A stretch of 64,000 nt of DNA from an uncultured Planctomycetota bacterium. GTDB taxonomy: Bacteria; Planctomycetota; Planctomycetia; Isosphaerales; Isosphaeraceae. Positions 59,867 through 64,000 of this stretch are shown here, in pieces. Location: the NCBI GenBank assembly GCA_963737655.1, contig CAVTTN010000002.1:1952001-2016000 (forward strand), written 5' to 3'. The notes under the pieces were generated by a model that saw only the letters and a list, made by a program, of their open reading frames with translations, was not told the origin of the DNA and did not search any database. The translations under genes were made by a program, and so were the position numbers. How positions within the stretch are numbered: the stretch's first letter is position 1; each line of letters begins with the position of its first letter.

Positions 59867-59928
59867 GGGGCCGCGATGGCGATCCCTCCCTCGATTCTCG
59901 GAGGGATGGATCGCCATCGCGGCCCTAC
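59867..59928. repeat. GTAG-type REP-like inverted repeat between convergent genes
   Basis: gggccgcgatggcgatcc ... ggatcgccatcgcggccctac. Confidence 0.7.
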
Positions 59929-59956
59929 GGCGTTCCCATCGTATCCGGGCCGGCGA

Positions 59957-60871
59957 TCAGCGGATCTCGGACCCGGAGATCGACTCGCCCCCGGCCCGGG
60001 TCATCAGCTTGACCAGGACGTCCCGCTTGATCGTCGAGGTCAGCGACTTGACCGAGCCGTCGGCGAAGGCGTAGTTGACCAGGCCGTCGTGGTTGCTCGC
60101 CCAGTAGTTGTAGTAGTTCGTGCCCGGGATCGGCTTGTTGATCTGCCGGTCCAGGGTCGTCCGGACGCAGCAGCTCGTGGCGTCGGGCCAGGTGCCGTAG
60201 GACTTGAGGTACGAGACCTCGCCGTAGAGGATCGTCGTCGAGGTCCCGTCGCGGATGTCGGCGATGGTGACCTCGGAGTCGCAGTAGTTCGTCCCGCTGT
60301 CGAAGGACAGGCAGGTCGGGTCGGTGATCGAGCTGGAGACGCACCCGGGGATGGTCCCGGCGGCCATGTTCGCCCGGTAGTCGATGGTCCCGTACTTCAC
60401 CACCTTGCCGTTGGTGGTCGTGGTCCCGACGTTGGTGCCCGACGCCTTGCCCTTGGACGGGCACTGGAGCATGTCGATCTGCCGGGTCACCGAGGTCATG
60501 TTGTCGGGCCAGTTCACCGGCAGGTAGAAATTGATCTCGTTGAACAGGTTGTCCTGCTCCATCTTCTGGAACAGGCCGACCATGCCGTTCCACATGTAGC
60601 TCTGGGCGCCCGTCATCGAATAGTTCGGGTCGTTCTGGTCGGCGTACCAACCGGCGGGGAACGAGCCGAACGAGTCGTGATAGTTCTGGGACGCGATGGC
60701 GAGCTGGTGGAGCTGGCTGAGGCACTTGGCGCGGTTGGACGCCTCTCGGGCCTTCTGGACGGCCGGCAAGATCAGGGCGATCAAGACGCCGATGATCGCG
60801 ATCACCACCAACAATTCGATCAGAGTGAAGCCGCCCCTGGACGGCCGTCGTCCCGTCTCAATCCGTCGCAT
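59957..60871 (-). CDS. DUF1559 prepilin-type protein
   Basis: [32 protein letters not shown]-terminal [12 protein letters not shown]. Confidence 0.93.
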   Translation of the reverse strand: MRRIETGRRPSRGGFTLIELLVVIAIIGVLIALILPAVQKAREASNRAKCLSQLHQLAIASQNYHDSFGSFPAGWYADQNDPNYSMTGAQSYMWNGMVGLFQKMEQDNLFNEINFYLPVNWPDNMTSVTRQIDMLQCPSKGKASGTNVGTTTTNGKVVKYGTIDYRANMAAGTIPGCVSSSITDPTCLSFDSGTNYCDSEVTIADIRDGTSTTILYGEVSYLKSYGTWPDATSCCVRTTLDRQINKPIPGTNYYNYWASNHDGLVNYAFADGSVKSLTSTIKRDVLVKLMTRAGGESISGSEIR

Positions 60872-61096
60872 GGGAACACCTGTCGCGAAAGGGGCCCGGG
60901 CACGAGAGAGGAACCGCCATCTCCCAGGCTAACCGAGAGGGCGATTCAATGCAATCATAGGATGATCGGCTTCCCGGGTATGGAAATCCCGAATTCCGCG
61001 TCGAGAGGTTCCGACCGCGAACACCCCTTGTCTCCATCTCGGGGCCTATGAGACCCTGGAATGCGCGGGTGCCTCGACGACCATTCGGAGGTCATC

Positions 61097-61342
61097 ATGT
61101 CACTTCTTGATCTCTTGCCCGAGATCGGCTCCCTCTCGCGGCACGACAAGCGAACGCTTTTTGAATGGCTCGCCGCCGATCTCGCCCGGGGCGAGGAACC
61201 TCCCGTTATTGAGGCCGATCGAACCTTTCCGATCTGGTCGCCCGATCGAGCCTTCGGCGCGGCGGCCGAGATGCTCCGGGCGCTTGAGGAGGACGCGAAG
61301 GGGCCGATGGTAAGCGCCCGGGAGCGGATCGCGCGCCCGTAG
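61097..61342 (+). CDS. Small hypothetical protein
   Basis: GGAGG RBS; LSRHDKRTLFEWL; ends at a REP. Confidence 0.6.
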   Translation: MSLLDLLPEIGSLSRHDKRTLFEWLAADLARGEEPPVIEADRTFPIWSPDRAFGAAAEMLRALEEDAKGPMVSARERIARP

Positions 61343-61397
61343 GGCAGGCCTTGGCCTGCCGAGATTGGCGAAGACGGCAGGCCAAGGCCTGCCCTAC
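61339..61397. repeat. GTAG-type REP doublet, perfect 23-bp arms
   Basis: gtagggcaggccttggcctgccg / cggcaggccaaggcctgccctac. Confidence 0.85.
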
Positions 61398-61421
61398 CCA
61401 ACCCGTCACGCGCAATCCGGT

Positions 61422-62054
61422 CTAGCTCAGCTCCACCGACCAGTAGGCGTGGTCCAGAAACGTCTTCCAGCTCTGGTACTTGCGGTGGGTGAGCTTGAGG
61501 CTGAGGATCGGCGAGGTCTTGGGCTGGACGGGCTCCTTGATGAGCTTCATCCCGGCCTCCCACGGCGTGCGGCCCCCCTTGCGGACGTTGCACTTCAGGC
61601 AGGCGCAGACGATGTTGTCCCACGTGGCCTGACCGCCGCGGCTCCGGGGCATCACGTGGTCCAGGCTCAACTCGCTGGTGGCGAATCGTCTCCCGCAGTA
61701 CTGGCAGCGGTTGCCGTCTCGGGCAAAAATATTTCGGCGGTTAAATTTGACTTTTTGACGGGGCAGTCGGTCGTAACCGAAGAGGCGGATGACCCGGGGC
61801 ACCTGGACCTCGAAATGGACGGTCCGAACGAACTCGTCGTCCGGCTCCTTGAAGCGGCTCCGGGCCTCGGAGACCTCTCGCCAGGAGGCGAAGTCGTAGG
61901 AGAGATAATGGCCGTCGTCCAGGACGATGACCTCGGCCAGTTCCTTGACGAGGAGGCCGAACGCCCGGCGGACCGGGATCACGTGGACGGCCATGTACAG
62001 CTTGTTCAGGACGAGGACGCTGGCGTCCAGGGCCGGGGTGGCTCCGAGGCTCAT
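61422..62054 (-). CDS. HNH endonuclease (McrA-like)
   Basis: RDGNRCQYCG, LDHVMPRSRGG, WDNIVCACLKCN. Confidence 0.9.
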   Translation of the reverse strand: MSLGATPALDASVLVLNKLYMAVHVIPVRRAFGLLVKELAEVIVLDDGHYLSYDFASWREVSEARSRFKEPDDEFVRTVHFEVQVPRVIRLFGYDRLPRQKVKFNRRNIFARDGNRCQYCGRRFATSELSLDHVMPRSRGGQATWDNIVCACLKCNVRKGGRTPWEAGMKLIKEPVQPKTSPILSLKLTHRKYQSWKTFLDHAYWSVELS

Positions 62055-62199
62055 GGGCTGGCTCGCTCCGGTCGGGAAGAGAGGGTCAACCGCCAGGACA
62101 CCGAGGGTCGCGATCTCCGGGAGAAGAGTCGGGGCAAAAGCCTAGGGGACGTCTTCTCGGCGGGTCAGCCTCGGCGGTCTCCGGCGGTCATCCTCCTCC

Positions 62200-63309
62200 T
62201 CAACCGCCGAGGGCCGCCAGGATGGCCCGGCCGACGTCCCTGGTCCCGGCCGAGCCGCCGAGGTCCGGCGTCCTGGGACCGCCGGGGGCGAGCGTCCTCG
62301 CCACGGCCCGGCGTAAGTCCTCGGCCGCCGAGGGACATTGCAGGTGATCGAGCATCATCGCCGCCGAGAGCACGGCCGCCACCGGGTTGGCCACCCCCCG
62401 GCCCGCGATGTCGGGCGCCGAGCCGTGGACCGGCTCGAACATGCTGGGGAACTCCCGGGTCGGGTTCAAATTGGCCGACGCCGCCAGGCCCATCCCCCCC
62501 TGGAGCACCGCCCCGAGGTCCGTCAGGATGTCGCCGAACATGTTCGTGGTGGCGATCACGTCGTACCGCTCGGGGTTGGTCACGAGTCTCATGCAGCAGG
62601 CATCGACGTGATTATAATCCGGCTTGATCTCGGGATAGTCACGAGAAACTTCGGTGAAGGCCCGCATCCAGAGGTCATGGGCGAACGTCAGGACGTTCGT
62701 CTTGGCCACCATCGTGACCTGCCCGCGCCTCCCCGAGTCCAGGTCGCTCGGCGAGAGCCCGGAGAAAGTCCGGGACCCGGCGCGCTTCCGGGCCAGATCG
62801 AAGGCGAACCGGAGGCACCGCTCGACCCCGGCCCGGGTGTTGATGGAGGTCTGGATCGCGACCTCCTCGGGCGTCCCCTTGCGAGTGAACCCGCCGGCGC
62901 CGACGTACAGGTCCTCGTTGTTCTCGCGGACGACCGTCAGGTCGATCTGCTCGGGCCCCTTGCCCTTGATGGGCGTCTCGACCCCGGGGTAGAGCTTCAC
63001 GGGCCGCAGGTTGATGTATTGATGGAACTCGAAGCGGATCTTCAGCAGGAGGCCCTTTTCCAGGACGCCCGGCGGGACGCGGGGATCGCCCACGGCGCCG
63101 AGATAGAGGGCGTCGCACCGCTTGAGATCGTCGAGGACCGGGTCGGGCAGGACCTCCCCCGTCTTGAGGAACCGTTCGGCCCCCAGGTCGAACGGGACGA
63201 GCTCGATCGGCAGGCCGTGGCGGCGGGCGACGACCTCCAGGGCGGCAAGCCCCTCGCGGACGACCTCCGGCCCGACCCCATCCCCGGCGATGACCCCAAC
63301 TTTCGGCAC
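62200..63309 (-). CDS. leuB: 3-isopropylmalate dehydrogenase family
   Basis: GDGVGPEV, NLRPV, VVRENNED, NMFGDILTD, EPVHGSAPDIAG. Confidence 0.85.
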   Translation of the reverse strand: MPKVGVIAGDGVGPEVVREGLAALEVVARRHGLPIELVPFDLGAERFLKTGEVLPDPVLDDLKRCDALYLGAVGDPRVPPGVLEKGLLLKIRFEFHQYINLRPVKLYPGVETPIKGKGPEQIDLTVVRENNEDLYVGAGGFTRKGTPEEVAIQTSINTRAGVERCLRFAFDLARKRAGSRTFSGLSPSDLDSGRRGQVTMVAKTNVLTFAHDLWMRAFTEVSRDYPEIKPDYNHVDACCMRLVTNPERYDVIATTNMFGDILTDLGAVLQGGMGLAASANLNPTREFPSMFEPVHGSAPDIAGRGVANPVAAVLSAAMMLDHLQCPSAAEDLRRAVARTLAPGGPRTPDLGGSAGTRDVGRAILAALGG

Positions 63310-63766
63310 GTCCGCATCCCCCTCGATTTCTCGGGGCCGCGGCGACCCGGTTTGGGAGTCACCGCCGGCCCACCGCCGCGTAGAGCCGATTGTAAAGGGA
63401 CAACCGGCGGTCGGCAAGCGTCGCGGAGGGCGGTTCGGGCGTGGACCGGGGCCGCTTCCTTTTCGGGAGATCCCTCGGCCGGGAGCGTTTTGGTCGGCGA
63501 GGGTCCCGTCTTCGGGACCCTCGGGGCGTCCGTCTCGGGTCTTGAAGACGGAACCCTTGCCGCCCGAAACGCTTCCGAAGAATCGTCTACCGAGGAGGAA
63601 AGGGGCCTGGGGCGTTGACAAACGCGATCCAAACTCAATACTAAGATGGGGAGACCCCGCGCGGCCCGTCACACGTCTTTGCGGGCCGCGCCTCCCCGCG
63701 ACCATCCCGGCCGCGACCGTTCCTCGCCCGACCGCTCGGATCGCCCGTCACCCGGGAGACGGCTTC

Positions 63767-64000
63767 ATGGCCACCTCCGTCGAGAGCACCCCCCCCGCGA
63801 AGGACGCCCCCGCGTCGTCGCCGACGCCCGCCGACCCGGCCCCGAAGGCCGCCGCCAGGCCCCCCGCGCCCGCTCCCGCCAAGGGCGATCCCAAGGCCAG
63901 GAGCGACGTGAAGGCCAAGAGCGACGTCAAGGGCCTCTCCGCGCTCGACGAGGCCAACCTCGAACGCACCGTGATCCGTCGCGGACTGGTCACCCTCGCC
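63767..64000 (+). CDS. N-terminus of a protein running off the right edge (Pro/Ala-rich)
   Basis: GGAGA RBS + ATG; open to the window end (MATSVESTPP...ERTVIRRGLVT). A TTGACA lies upstream at 63615. Confidence 0.7.
   Translation, partial: MATSVESTPPAKDAPASSPTPADPAPKAAARPPAPAPAKGDPKARSDVKAKSDVKGLSALDEANLERTVIRRGLVTLA

Noticed and set aside
61422..62054. HNH nuclease as a defence or RNA-guided system
   Set aside because: Stand-alone McrA-like HNH among housekeeping genes, with no array, methylase or RNA partner visible.

Overview
High-GC bacterial window, most likely a planctomycete (DUF1501, DUF1559 and DUF1570 proteins, the 'EALDARRLL' export motif, Ser/Thr kinases, hpnCD). From the left: an rsbR-S-T stressosome-type operon feeding two hybrid histidine kinases (1-5.8 kb, minus strand), an oxidoreductase, and an RND efflux locus whose TolC carries a C-terminal LysM domain (8.2-16.4 kb). 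The centre (17.66-35.19 kb) is an integron cassette array of 23 complete attC sites plus one truncated site, with no integrase gene in the window. Eight attC sites are interrupted at the same base of the R'' box (CT^AAC). One holds a full IS110/IS1111-type element and seven hold a 380-bp ORF-less element that keeps the IS's structured non-coding region. That region contains a 7-nt match to the attC target and a 7-nt segment that co-varies with each element's own end. This suggests recombinase-less 'bridge-RNA-only' mobile elements mobilised in trans, the strongest candidate for a new system here. Ten attC loops also carry an extended -10 promoter motif. The right part (35.5-64 kb) holds ordinary planctomycete genes and several REP-like palindromes. 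Many single-base frameshifts look like sequencing or assembly errors. All product calls come from motifs recognised by eye; no searches were run.
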